In this document: positions 1-14,233 of the stretch, in pieces
Layout: each line of letters starts with the position of its first letter
Numbering within the stretch: position 1 is the stretch's first letter
Notes under the pieces: generated by a model
The model's input: only the letters and a program-made list of their open reading frames with translations
The model's database searches: none
What the model was told of the DNA's origin: nothing
NCBI RefSeq assembly: GCF_009914755.1
Contig: NC_060937.1
Reading direction: 5' to 3' (one strand)
DNA length: 64,000 nucleotides
DNA from: the human T2T-CHM13v2.0 reference genome, Homo sapiens
Program-made: the position numbers and the translations under genes

Positions 1-359
1 AGAAAAGCTCTCAACATGTGAAGGGACCTGAAGCAGGTAGCCATCTGTGAGGCTGAGTCTGGAGTGATTATGGGCTTAGAATAGGGGAGTGTATACTGAT
101 AAATCCGTGATTGGGCTTTGGAAAAACACCATTCCATTGGTTAAAAGGCATCATCCAGAAGGAACCAATACAATAGAGAGAAAGGGTAAGACAGGGATAG
201 AGTTTCCCACTCTCTCTCGTCCTGGACTCTATCTAGAACTGGCAGGTTTTAAACTGTCTTTGGCTTGAAGGTTTTAAACTGTCTTTGGCTTGAAGGTCAG
301 GTTTCACCAGTGACCTGTCCCTGTCTGACTAGGAATTTGTCTGTTTCATGTTGCTATCA
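1..359 (-). mobile_element. ERV1-class LTR, 5' portion (LTR1/LTR27/LTR28/MER52 group), cut by window edge
   Basis: Reverse complement begins TGATAGCAACATGAAACAGACAAATTCCTAG...GGTGAAACCTGACCTTCAAGCCAAAGACAG, resembling the 5' ends of this LTR group; exact subfamily not resolved. Confidence 0.65.
244..296. repeat. Perfect 25-bp tandem duplication (2 copies + AGG)
   Basis: AGGTTTTAAACTGTCTTTGGCTTGA at 244-268 and 269-293. Confidence 0.95.
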
Positions 360-1031
360 AAATGTAGCAGTAGTACAATTTTTGTAATTAGGTCCTCATA
401 TGGTTTCTTGCAATTATGAGTTTGGTTGTTATCATCTCCTTTTACAGATAAGGACATTGAAATTCAGAATACTCAATGACTAGCCTTGGGTAAGCTGGCC
501 AGTCAATGGCATAAATGGTAATAGCAACAGATATTTTCATAGCTATGTGGGGCAAGATCATTATACACATGTAAGGAATATGCAAATTGTTGTACATGGA
601 GAAAATATGGAGAAAAGGAGACAAGCAATTGTAATAGAATATACAATTTTTACCAAAATTATTTTTCTGTGTGTGTATGTGTGGAAAGAGAAATTGAGAA
701 GCAATTAGAATAATAATTGTGTGTCTTGTTCTAGAAGACCAGAGAGGAAAAATAAACCAATAGGACCATAAAAGCAAAAGCAAAAAGAGTTGCTTCATAA
801 GTTGAATGGTAATCGTCATAAAACAATAAATGTAATTCTGTTTCATTTTCATAGTCTATTCTATGAAAAGACTATTTTATCTAGGTAACAATACTGGACA
901 TTTTTCAATACATGTTTTGAGTTTTTCCTTGTATGATTTGAAAACTAAATAATATGAACAAAGAAAACTCTCATTTAAGTAGACAATAAACTCTTAAGGT
1001 TTCTTTCTACTTACCATCTATCTAAATAATA

Positions 1032-1106
1032 TTAGATTGGTGCAAAAGTAATTGTGTTTTTTGCCATTGAAAGTAACCAAGACCAATTACTTTTGCACCA
1101 ACCTAA
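1032..1106. mobile_element. MADE1 (Hsmar1-derived mariner MITE)
   Basis: TTAGATTGGTGCAAAAGTAATTG ... CAATTACTTTTGCACCAACCTAA terminal inverted repeats, TA on both sides (1030-1031, 1107-1108). Confidence 0.92.
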
Positions 1107-1305
1107 TATTAACAAAATATAACCATTTCTATCAACATATGAAATCATTTATATACATTTTATTAAACACAAATATAAATATTATTTATTAAGTCCCTCT
1201 CTGTAATTTTCTAATTATAACCAGATTTCTACATACCATTCTTCTAAGATGGACAGGTTGTGGGTAAATGATTTTGGGAGATAACTTACAAAATGAAAAA
1301 TATGA

Positions 1306-2030
1306 TTTATTCATTCACTTATTAAGTAATATTTCATGAATGCCTACCACATGATCAACATTGCGCTGGTTTCTAGAAATGTCAGAAACTAGAACATATG
1401 GTCTCTACCAAAAGTAGATCAGTAGAGGAGACAGATAATTGAACTGAAGATAGCTCTATAGTGTGATGCTTAGGATAACTGAGGCAAGTATCCTTACCCC
1501 TCATCTAGTTCACCACAAATTACTATTTACTCTGCCTTCAAAATGCATTATGAGTCTATCCACTTCTATTCCACCATTAGCAAATTACTCCAACCTTCTA
1601 CTAGCTCTCTTCTCAACTACTTCAATTGCCTCCTACCTGTTCTTCTACAGTGTGATGCTTAGGATAACTGAGGGAAGTACAGTGTGCAATGGAAGCATAC
1701 TAGAGAAATCTTAACCCAGACTGGAGAGATCAAGAGAGGCTTCCCCAGGAGACGATATCTGAGCATCTGAATCTTTATGAATGACAATGATGTAGCCAAG
1801 TATCATGGAGTAAGTTTTTGTGGGGAGAACCAAGATAGTATTGTAAGTCTCTAAAAATATTCTTAGGGTCATAGTCAAGGCATACTGAGTGCAGAGTGGC
1901 TAGATCAGGAAGGTCTGTGAGTGATATACTTTGTCTAGAACATTAGATATATAAGGAAAGATGAAAGGAGACCAAAATCCAATATTCAGATCACAAAGAG
2001 ACGTGTGTTGTATTAAAGGAATTATTTGTG
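1306..2030 (-). mobile_element. L2 LINE fragment (old, degraded), interrupted by an insertion at 1491-1643
   Basis: ATTCATTCA tail motif at about 1310; AGAGAGGCTTCCCCAGGAGACGATATCTGAGC typical of antisense L2; boundaries approximate. Confidence 0.6.
1455..1679 (+). repeat. 36-bp direct repeats (1455-1490, 1644-1679) enclosing a 153-bp copy of 4135-4287
   Basis: Repeats 34/36 identical; insert aligns ungapped to 4135-4287 (offset 2643) with 12 mismatches by manual count. Confidence 0.93.
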
Positions 2031-2902
2031 TAAGTGTGTTTGTGTATATAAGAGTCGGTTCAATACTTGCCTTTTTGCTTGAAAAAGATGTCGATTTGTA
2101 GTTTGGATTTCATTTTGAAATATCTACTAAGATTCTTGAAAATGAGAATCACAAATATAAAGAGAATCTCTTTTTGGTCAGAAAAATATTTTCTATTGCT
2201 CACCTATCGCACTCCTTCCCACCACAAACTGGTGTTCTGCAGAATTATCTGCATCACTTTTTTCAGGAAGGATAGTTTTATCTTCTTAAAAGATAATAAC
2301 AAACATATGTCATAAAGAATAGGGATTGATAATCCTTGTAATTTTATCTGTGCTAATGTAAATACAAATGCTATTCATATTTCTCACATATTGAAGATTT
2401 GTCACAACAAAAAATAGATAATACAAGTAGAATATTAAAAGCACTGTTGCAAATATTCCTTCTCAACAAGGTAGTTTACACTCCATTGTCAGTAGAATAT
2501 TTTTAAGTTGTTTGCCTGAATAGTGTGTAAGGTAAAGAATTTGACAGGTTAATTATACATTGCTTTAAAAAGTATTTTCTAGCATTTTATTTGAAATTGG
2601 TTGTGTTTTAATTTCTTTGATTCTCCTGATGCTCTTTTATTATGGAACCACAAAAACACCTCTTTATCTGTGAGAGAGAAACCCTTCTCCCCTCGTTAAG
2701 AGGCCTCTGTTCATACTTTCTGTTGATTCCTCCCCAAGGCAAAACAAGTTACGGATCTGCACGGCCAATGCCTGAGAAATTATTTGAAGGCAAATTTTAC
2801 TACTAATGCCTTAGAAATCATGCACCATATTCAATTTTCAAAATATAAGCACCTCTAAGTAAGTTTTCTGTCCAGTTAGCTGTTCTGTTCTGTTCTGACC
2901 AT

Positions 2903-3535
2903 CTTCTTCTCTTACTTTCTTCTTCTTTCTTTCTTTTAACTTTTATTTTAGGTTCAGAGGTATGTGTACAGGTTTGTTATAAAGATAAATTGCATGTCAG
3001 TGGGTTTAGTGAACATATTATTTCATCACCCAAGTAATAAGCATAGCACCGAATAGGAATTTTTTTTATCCTCTCCCTTTTCCCACCCTCCACCCTCAAG
3101 TAGGCCCCAGTGTCTGTTGCTCCCTTCTTTGTGTCCATATGTTCTCAGTGTTTAGCTCGCACCTATAAGTGAGAACATGTGGTACTTGGTTTTCTGTTTC
3201 TGCATTAGTTTGTGTAGGATAATGGCCTCCAACTCCATCCATGTTGCTGCAAAGAATATGATCTTGTCCTTTTTTTTGGTTGCACAGTACTCCATGGTGT
3301 ATATATACCACATTTTCTTTATCCAGTCTACTGTTGATGGGCATTTAGATTGATTCCATGTCTTTGCTTTTGTGAATAGTGCTGAGATGAATATACTCGT
3401 GCATGTATCTTTATGGTGGCATGATATATATTCGTTTGGGTATATACCCAGTAATGGGATTGCTGGGTTGAATGGTAATTCAGTTTTAAATTCTTTGAAA
3501 AATCACCACACTGCTTTCCACAATGGCTGAACTAA
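2903..3535 (-). mobile_element. 5'-truncated L1 3' end (older L1PA, about L1PA13-16)
   Basis: Pyrimidine tail, then CCCACCCTCCACCCTCAAGTAGGCCCCAGTGTCTGTTG and TATATACCCAGTAATGGGATTGCTGGG typical of antisense L1 3'UTR and ORF2 end. Confidence 0.9.
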
Positions 3536-3929
3536 AAGAAACTATGTTGGACAAGGATAGGACACAATCCCACCCATTTTAGATTCAAGAAAAGGAAATT
3601 GAAACAAAAAATTTGATTTGGTTCTTGTGACTTAAACAGTGTTCTCCATTTCAGCTTATCAGAGCTCTAACTCAGAAATTGTTCAGGATTTGGCTGTTAA
3701 AGCTGCACTTCATTTGCTATGTGGCCATGGCTCCTAGTAAGTGTCATTCTTTCAGACAGAACTGCAGAGTGGAGGAGTTCTGAATGTCAAAACCATTGAG
3801 AGACCAGCTATACAACAGACCAAATAGCAGCTAACTATGCCCTTCAAGCCATTTTTCTATTAGTTATAAGGTACTTTCCCCGATCTTTGATCATCATGAA
3901 GAAAGGTATCCACAAATCTATTGGTAGAC

Positions 3930-4680
3930 TGGTAATTTTTATACCTACTATAACTTTATATATTTCCCATTCATATCTCTTTAGTATACTCCAGATTCAT
4001 ATTTTCAAAGTCTGTGATATCACAACATCTACATCTATTAGGTGTCATGAATATATGCAGACCAAAAGTCTGTCCTTTCAAAAACCTTCCCCATCGTAGT
4101 CAAACTTGATTTCTCCCCCTACTCTTTACTCACCCCTTACCCCTCATTTAGTCCACCACAAATTACTATTGACTCTGCCTTCAAAATGCTCTATGGGTCT
4201 ATCCACTTCTATTCCACCATTAGCAAATTACTCCAAGCTTCCATCAGCTCTCTTCTTAACTACTTCATTTGCCTCCTACCTGTTCTTTTTGCTTCACATT
4301 ACTTAATCTTCATGCACAGCAGTCAATCAAATTACAGCATTTTGCTGTTTAAAACGCTTCAATGTCCTCCAATATATACTTTTTGAATATATGCAAGCTC
4401 AGTGTCTTAGCCTAAAAGATCATTTAAATGACTAGCCCCAAGCCTTCTGTCCCAGTCTCCTGTCTTACCATTTTCTTCCTCCTTGATTTGTTTGCCACAA
4501 ATACACTGGATTTTTATTTATTTACTTATTTATTTATTGCCTATGCTTAGAACATAACAAGAACATGTAAAATTACCAGCTACCCTTAGGCCTCTGCATT
4601 CACTGCCAAGATGTTCTTGTTTTTCACTTGCTGGCTCAAGTTTTCACTTGCTGGCTCATTGTCACCTTCATGAATTTGAG
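3930..4680 (+). mobile_element. L2 LINE fragment
   Basis: CTCTGCCTTCAAAAT...TCCACTTCT...GCCTCCTACCTG and CTTCAATGTCCTCC resemble sense L2 3' region; boundaries approximate. Confidence 0.65.
4621..4658. repeat. Short tandem duplication, period 20
   Basis: TTTTCACTTGCTGGCTCA at 4621-4638 and 4641-4658. Confidence 0.9.
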
Positions 4681-6211
4681 GCTTATTTTATTTATTTGTA
4701 TCACATATACTATCTAATACATGCATTAAAGTAATACTTTTTGCTCTAAGTAATGTATTCCGTAGATTTCTAAATGTAATACACTATAATTCATTTTTAA
4801 CAGGCTCTAATGTCTGCTTTTTTGCTTTACTTAACTATTCCTTAGAAGGGCATTATTTAAACTCAAGGTCAAGGTGCCATTTTTTCTTCTGCTCTGAATT
4901 CATTAATTTAATATGTATTTATTTGCATTATGATCAGAAAATGTAGCTAGAGTGGCATGATAATATCGGCAGTTAGGCAGTTTTCTCTGTGACCACATTT
5001 TTAATGATCTTTTTCCTCAATGTTTCTAGGTATTTTAGAAGAATGTGTGCTTTGGCATGCACAGAAACACACATAGCAATGTAGTGTCTTATATAAGGTT
5101 ATGAATCTACAGTTTGTGTAATGAGAGTCAATGTTGTTGAAACGTTCCTTGAGAATGTTCCATTTTGGTAACTTAAATACCTTTCTCAGAGAGCAACACT
5201 GGAACAGATTGATGGGTCTTCTGATGAGCACAAAATGAAGTTACTGGTTTATGTTTAGAGATCTACTTTTTACTTTCAAAAATGTATATTTAAACAATAG
5301 AAATATTCTTACCCTAATGCTATACACCATAAGGAGCAATGGAAAGCTAAAACTAAATGAGGCTTACATCTTGAGCTCCCTTTGAGAATATGTTCATTAA
5401 CAGAAAATGAGTTCATAACAATCAGTTTTGCTCTTTGTTTTTTGATCTTGTTCTTCCTTTTTCTCTACCTATCAACCTTATAAGTTAATTTTCCCATTTA
5501 AGACTTTTTGCTGTATTTCTTATTTTGCCTGATATTAAAATTCACCCTTGTGTCAATTTCTTTAACTTGAGACCTGCATTTGACAATCTCTTATTTTCAA
5601 AGGTTTTGTGACTTTGTTTTAAACATAGCTCTAGTAAAGAAAGCATAGCTTTATTCTACATATTCATTTTACTGAATTTGAGAGTCTCTCCTTAGATGAT
5701 GCAATACAGTTTTATTGTTATTATTCTTTTTATTTTTTCTTATTTTTATAATTTGAAATTTATATATTATATTGCTTTTCCTGTAAGTTTCCTTTGGACT
5801 TTAAAATACATATTTGAATATATATTTTCTATTAAAAGCTTCAGCAAATTTCTATCAAAATCTTTTTACTTCTTTTAAAATAACCCAGAATTGCAAATCT
5901 CTTTTGACATCATTCTTGGGGAAATACTTTCTAACGACTGCTTTCAGTTTTACAGACATATTATCGACTTTTCTATATGTAAATATAACTTTCTCAAGGG
6001 TAATAACACCTGTGGCAAACACATGCTCTATATGCTGAGGAAAGAATCTTTTGTCAGTCTTTCTGCTAAACCTCTTTATGAGAAGTATGGCTCTAACCTT
6101 TGCCTAACCCTTTCTCACATGTGTTTGGATGATATTTTTCTCTGCTCAGGTATCTCAATCACATTCCATCTATTTTCTATCTTCTAAATAAATGTTAAAA
6201 ATACCAAATGG

Positions 6212-6480
6212 AGCCCAGGAGCGGTGGCTCACGCCTGTAATCCCAGCACTTTGGGAGGCCAATGCAGGTGAATCACCTGAGGTCAGGAGTTCGAGACCAA
6301 CCTGGCCAACATGGTGAAACCCTGTCTCTACTAAAAATACAAAAATTAGCCAGGCATGGTGGTGTGCACCCATAATCCCAGCTACTCAGAAGGCTGAGGC
6401 ACGAGAATAGCTTGAACCCAGGAGATTGCGCCACTGCACTCCAGCCTGGGAGACAGAGCGAGACTCTGTCTCAAACAAAC
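6212..6480 (+). mobile_element. AluS (Sx-like) with a 22-bp right-arm deletion
   Basis: Dimeric Alu; 15-bp TSD AAAAATACCAAATGG at 6197-6211 and 6481-6495 after a TT/AAAA site; GAACCCAGGAG|ATTGCGCC deletion junction at 6424. Confidence 0.95.
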
Positions 6481-6869
6481 AAAAATACCAAATGGCCTTT
6501 CTCTTTGTTTTCCAAAAGTATGAGTTTAATCTTTGTCCAACAGCTTTGTTGCCTTTTGTGGTTGTAAAGGTTGGGCTTGAGTAAAAACATAGTCTTAGTC
6601 TACCATCTTGCACTAAAAATTTAAAGTTATTTCTAGCTCTGGGGAACTTGGTGAAGAAAAAAATAAGTCATATAATTTCTGAAATGTTCTTTTGTCTTCC
6701 CTTTCTTCCATCTTGGTCTAACAAAACTCTTCCAACTTTTCAAAGACAATTCTTTGCACCACCTCTAGCTGCTTTCTCATCAGAACATCTCATTCACTAT
6801 TACACTTTTGGTCTTCTTGGCATATACTTCCTCATTACTTACATAAATTTTTATCTTCTTCTCCAAGTT

Positions 6870-6978
6870 GATTCTTGAGGGTGGAATCTGTATTCATATT
6901 TTTAGGATATATTAGGTGCTATTACGACCTAATACAATACTTTGTGGAGAGTAAATACTCAATTAATACTTGATAGAA
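6870..6978 (+). mobile_element. L2 3'-terminal fragment
   Basis: TTGAGGGTGGAATCTG ... AGTAAATACTCAATTAATACTTG resembles L2 3' terminus. Confidence 0.45.
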
Positions 6979-7639
6979 AAGAAAAATCTCAAATTTAAAG
7001 CATAACAGACCCTTGGAGATTATATAGCCCAATATTCTCACAATGTGGATGGCATAACTGGAACCTATTACCTCAAGGCCAATGCTCGAATCCAGACCAC
7101 ACTGCAAGTGTGGTCTTTATACTGAATGATGATCTCATAGACTGTTATACTTAAAAGAAAATATAAAATTACTTAGCACTCAAAGTAGAAATTTACAGCT
7201 TTGCTAATATCTTGACATGGAACTGTTGTGTGAATACTCTTAATGACTAAAAATGTCTCATTTGTACAGAGCAGAGTATATCATTTTTAAAAGGCTGTGA
7301 TACAATGCTTTTACCTTAGCTGAATGAGACACACTTCACTAAATTTTCTTCTCATTAAGAACTTAATTCTCATATATTATCTCAGTTCAGTTCCTCATCC
7401 ACATTACAGTCCTTCAATTATTTTTAGCAATAACACTACACATATGTCAGAGACTACAAATGTATAGCAAACATGCTACTACTCACCCCATCATGATCAT
7501 ACAACACAAGCCACCTTTCTCACTGAGTCTAGATCTAACTTCAGAATCCTTCCTAACTCAGTTTCATGGGAAACCACTGTCAATGGATAGCCAGTGCCAT
7601 ATATGAGAAATGATATTATTATTTAAAATATTTACAGCC

Positions 7640-7984
7640 TCTTACTGGGATGCTAATTCTATTTTCCCATTCTCTGAAGAATGATTATACAGCATCATCT
7701 CAAACTGTGCAGTAGCCATTTGACTCAATTTGGCCAATGAAATGTGCATGGAAATGAACATGTCACTTGCAAGCAGAGCCTCAAGATCTAGTTTAGTTCA
7801 TGGTTTTTAATGTCTCCCTTCCCTATCCCATAGGATCTTCTCTTTTAGTGAGGTCCCTGGAATGAAAAACATATCGAGAATAATTGCAGCAATATGAGTA
7901 AAAAATAAGCCTCTGTGTTGTTAGCAACTGATATGTGATGACCACTTATAGCTACAACATAGTCTATCCCCTCTTCACTTGTAA
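7640..7984 (+). mobile_element. MLT1 (old MaLR LTR, MLT1H/I/J-like)
   Basis: TTTGGCCAATGAAATGTG...ATGTCACTT and AAATAAGCCTCTGTGTTGTTAGC motifs. Confidence 0.65.
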
Positions 7985-7997
7985 AGCATGTCAATGC

Positions 7998-10430
<2,433 letters not shown>

Positions 10431-10769
10431 TCTAATGCTATGTGTTATCCTGGTCTTACATCTTCCCTACTTCATCTGTTAATACAACTGTGATTCATTT
10501 ATTAATCCCTGTTTTACTTTTTGTTTGCTCTTTGCCTCCAGTAATTTAACTATAGATATCCTCTTACACTATATGCATTTTTGTCAGCAATTTAAAAATC
10601 TTTTTGGAACAAAGCAAGGCATTAATTAATTAATTTGCACATTTCAATATACTTCTTTATATGATGATTTTTAGATAAATTGTCATCTCTGTCTTCCTTC
10701 TCTAAAAGGATTTCATTTATTTGCAATACACTTAATTAAATGAAATACCCAGAACTGTGCATAATCACC

Positions 10770-11100
10770 TAGAGATAAGTTAAAAGTGTCACAGTCAGCA
10801 ACTAGACAAGCCAAGACTGGGACACAGGTCTCACAGCTCTTGTTCTATCTTTTGACCTGCATAGATAATTAACGATAACTGCAAATACTTACTGAGTGAG
10901 AACTTTCTTTCACAGAGTGCTTAATATTCTACATGGTTCGTTGTATTTATTTCTCAAAAATAAACATAATAGCCCATTTTGAAGACAGAACAACTGAGGC
11001 TTAGGAAAGTTAACTTGTTCAAAGTCATACAGCTAAGAAATAATAGAAACCAAATAAAAGTTCAAGGATTCTGAACCTGCAGTCCACCCTCCTTATCTCT
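10770..11100 (-). mobile_element. MIR fragments
   Basis: CCCATTTTGAAGACAGAACAACTGAGGCTTAGGAAAGTTAACTTGTTCAAAGTCATACAGCTA MIR core. Confidence 0.7.
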
Positions 11101-11429
11101 GCCCAGTTGTTTTCTGTTGGTAGGCTCAAGTGGTATTTTTTTTTTTTTGCCTTATCAACCACTCATGCACTCATATTGAGTTGACAATGAATTACAATTA
11201 CTTGGTTGCCTTCGCATGCAATCAGTCTATCAGCTTCTCCTTGCATGGTGCCAGAGACATAATAGGTACCTAATAAATATTTGATTCATTGAAGTTCTGT
11301 TCAAACAGTAGATTGGATAAATGCACTTCGCATATCTCCATTCCAATAATTAATTAAAACACTGATTAGAATAGGACTAGAAACTTCTCTCCATTATTCT
11401 TCTAGCATGAATGCTTAATTTACTATACC

Positions 11430-11790
11430 TATTTTAACTACATATAATATACAATCTCCAGTATACATTCTTCATCTTGTCCACAAAGATAATATGAGAG
11501 GCTGTTAAAAATAAAAATAAACTAGATTTTTCACTGTAATATTTACTTGATGTATCTAGGAACCATAGCCAAATTAAAAATGAAAATAAATTGACTTGTT
11601 TTGGTGAACCCATGGTGGTTTCTATTGATCATTGCTAGCTCTTCTGAGAATACAAAAACCATCTTTGTAATCTTTAATTCCATACATTTATCTCCAACAT
11701 GTCCAGAAATCGTGCTGTTCCCTTTCATTTTTCCTAACATTTGTGAGCAATATCTGTCCCTTAATATGATTAATATACTTGGTCTCTCTT
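11430..11790 (-). mobile_element. L3/CR1 LINE RT fragment
   Basis: Minus-strand ORF 11543-11815 contains INRNHHGFTK, resembling the CR1 RT QHGF-K motif. Confidence 0.6.
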
Positions 11791-11938
11791 TTCCATTTTG
11801 TGTCGGGGGGGGCACTGAAGACTTTCACCAATAATTGCGTTCAGTTTTATTTTTTGCTGCTTGTTTCCATAGAATACAAAGAGTTCTTCACAAAGATGCT
11901 TAGAGTAGACCAACAGCAATGTTTTACTGTAACATAAT

Positions 11939-12314
11939 TGATATGGTTTGGTTCTGTGTCCCCATCGAAATTTCACCTTGAATTGTAATCCCCATAATTC
12001 CTATATGTCAAAGGCGGGACCAGATGGAGGTAATTGGATCATGAAGGTGGTTTCCCCCATGCCCTTCTCATGACAGTGAGTGAGTATTATGAGATCTGAC
12101 GGTTTTATAAGTGTCTGGAATTTCCCCTGCTTGCCCTCACTCCATCCTGCCCCCCTTTGAAGAAGGTACCTGCTTCTCCTTTGCCTTCCATCATGATTGT
12201 AAGTTTCTTAAAACCTCCAAGCAATGCAGAGCTGTGAATCAATTAAATCTTTTTCCTTTATAAATTACCCAGTCTTGGGTATTTCTTCATAGCATGTGAG
12301 AACGGACTAATACA
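11939..12314 (+). mobile_element. THE1 (THE1C/D-like) MaLR solo LTR
   Basis: TGATATGGTTTGG ... GAACGGACTAATACA termini; imperfect 5-bp TSD ATAAT/ATGAT. Confidence 0.9.
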
Positions 12315-12539
12315 ATGATTTAAAGTATTAGCATAGTTCAAGAAAGAATATATCACAGCACTAAGGATGAGGATAGGGTAGGGTTGGCCTATAAAAGAAG
12401 CAGAGGAAAAGGAGATTCAGAAAGGAAAATATAGTCTGTAACACCATGAAGTTCTGCCAGGAGAAGAGAGATTCTCTTTTTCTTTTTCTTTATTCTTTTT
12501 ATAATTTACAAACATTTATATATTTATGGTGTACAAAGT

Positions 12540-12907
12540 TGTATTAGTCCATTCTCACACTGCTCTAAAGAGCTACCTAAGGCTGGCTAATTTATGAAGA
12601 AAAGAGGTTTAATTGACTCATAGTTTCACAGGCTGTACAGGAAGAATGGCTGGGAGGCCTCAGGAAACTTACAATCATGGCAGAAGGTGAAGGGAAAGCA
12701 AGCACATCTTACCATGGTAGAGCAGGTTCAAGGGGGAAGTGGTACACACTTTTAAACAACCAGATCTTGTAAGAATTCTATCACAAGAACAGCAATGGGG
12801 AAATATGCCCTCATGAATCAATCACCTCCCACCAGACCCCTCCTCCAACACTGGGAATTACAATTCAATGTGAGATTTGGGAGAGGACACAGAGTCAAAC
12901 CATATCA
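12540..12907 (-). mobile_element. MSTA-like MaLR solo LTR
   Basis: TGTATTAGTCCATTCTCACACTGCT ... CAAACCATATCA termini. Confidence 0.9.
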
Positions 12908-12984
12908 AATGAGATGTTTCAAAAAATGCATACATTGTGGAGTGGCTAAATCATGCTAATTAACACATGCATTACCTCACATAT

Positions 12985-14064
12985 TGTTGCGGGAAGCCAG
13001 GGAACCCGAACGGAGGGACTGGCTGAAGCCACAGCAGAACAACATAGATTGTGAAGATTTCATGGACATTTGTTAGTTCCCCAAATTAATAGTTTTACAA
13101 TTTCTTATGCCTGTCTTTACTGCAGTCTCTGAACATAAACTGTGACGATTTCATGGACATTTATCACTTCCCCAATCAATACTCTTATAATTTCCTATGT
13201 CTGTCTTTACTTTAATCTCTTAATCCCATCATCTTCATAAGCTGAGGATGTATGTCGCCTCAGGACCCTGTGATGATTGCGTTATCTATACAAATTGTTT
13301 GTAAAACGTGTGTTTGAACAATATGAAACCTGAGCATCCTAAAAGAACAGGATAACAGCGATTTTCAGGGAACAAGGGAGATAACCATAAAGTCTGACTG
13401 CCTGCAGGGCTGGGCAGAACAGAGTCATATTTCTCTTCTTTCAGAAAGCGAATAGGAGAAATATCGCTAAATTCTTTTCTCAGCAAGGAATAACCCTGGG
13501 ACAACAAATGCATTCCCAGGGGGAGGTCTCTAAAATGGACGCTCTGGGAGCGTCTGTCTCATGCAGTTGTAGATAAGGGATGAAATACGCCCTGGTCTCC
13601 TACAGCGCCCCCAGGCTTGCTAGGGTTAGGAAATTCCAGTCTGGCGAATTCTAGTCAGACTGGTTGTCTGCTCTGAATCCTGTTTCCTGTTAAGGGGTTT
13701 ATCAATGACAATGTGTGCCCAGCAGGACGTGGAACCTCAATAGTAATTCTAATTTCGCCCTGGCCTTGTGATCTTGCTCTGCCCCCATTTGCCTTGTGAT
13801 ATTTTATTGCCTTTGAAGCATGGGATCTCTGTGACCCACACCCTATTTGCACACTCCCTCCCCTTTGAAAATCACTAATAAAAACTTGCTGGTTTTGCGG
13901 CTCGGTGGCATCATGGAACCTGCCGACATGTGATGTCACCCCTGGAGACCCAACTGTAAAATTTCTCTCTTTGTACTCTTTCTCTTTATTTCTTAGACTG
14001 GCTGACACTTAGGGAAAATAGAAAAGAACCTATGTTGAAATATTGGGGGCTGGTTCCCCCAATA
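12985..14064 (+). mobile_element. MER11 (HERV-K11/HML-8) LTR, full length, MER11B/C-like
   Basis: TGTTGCGGGAAGCCAGGG start, internal repeats of about 90 bp, AATAAA at 13877-13882, end ATTGGGGGCTGGTTCCCCCAATA. Confidence 0.92.
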
Positions 14065-14233
14065 TCTGGTAAAGAAAAAGGGCATCATGGAACCTGCTGA
14101 CATGTGATGTCACCCCCGGAGACCCAGCTGTAAAATTTCTTTCTTTTGTACTCTTTATTTCTCAGACTGGCTGACACTTAGGGAAAATAGAAAAGAACCT
14201 ACATTGAAATATTGGGGGCTGGCTCCCCCGATA
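14065..14233 (+). mobile_element. Residual proviral internal 16 bp (PBS start TCTGGT + PPT AAAGAAAAAG) plus second MER11 U5 segment
   Basis: 14081-14233 duplicates 13907-14064 (9 substitutions, 2 indels); 6-bp TSD ACATAT at 12979-12984 and 14234-14239 encloses the whole unit. Confidence 0.85.

Noticed and set aside
442-852. 136-aa hydrophobic ORF and many similar 60-120 aa ORFs
   Set aside because: F/L/I-rich composition reflects AT-rich non-coding DNA; no motif or splice support.
1463-1714. Paralogous-looking ORF pair (1463-1714 and 4106-4306) suggesting a small gene family
   Set aside because: Similarity is confined to the 153-bp duplicated L2-derived DNA; flanking codons are unrelated. 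Treated as a templated insertion instead.
13040-13212. Tandem repeat of about 90 bp
   Set aside because: Intrinsic to the MER11 LTR consensus.
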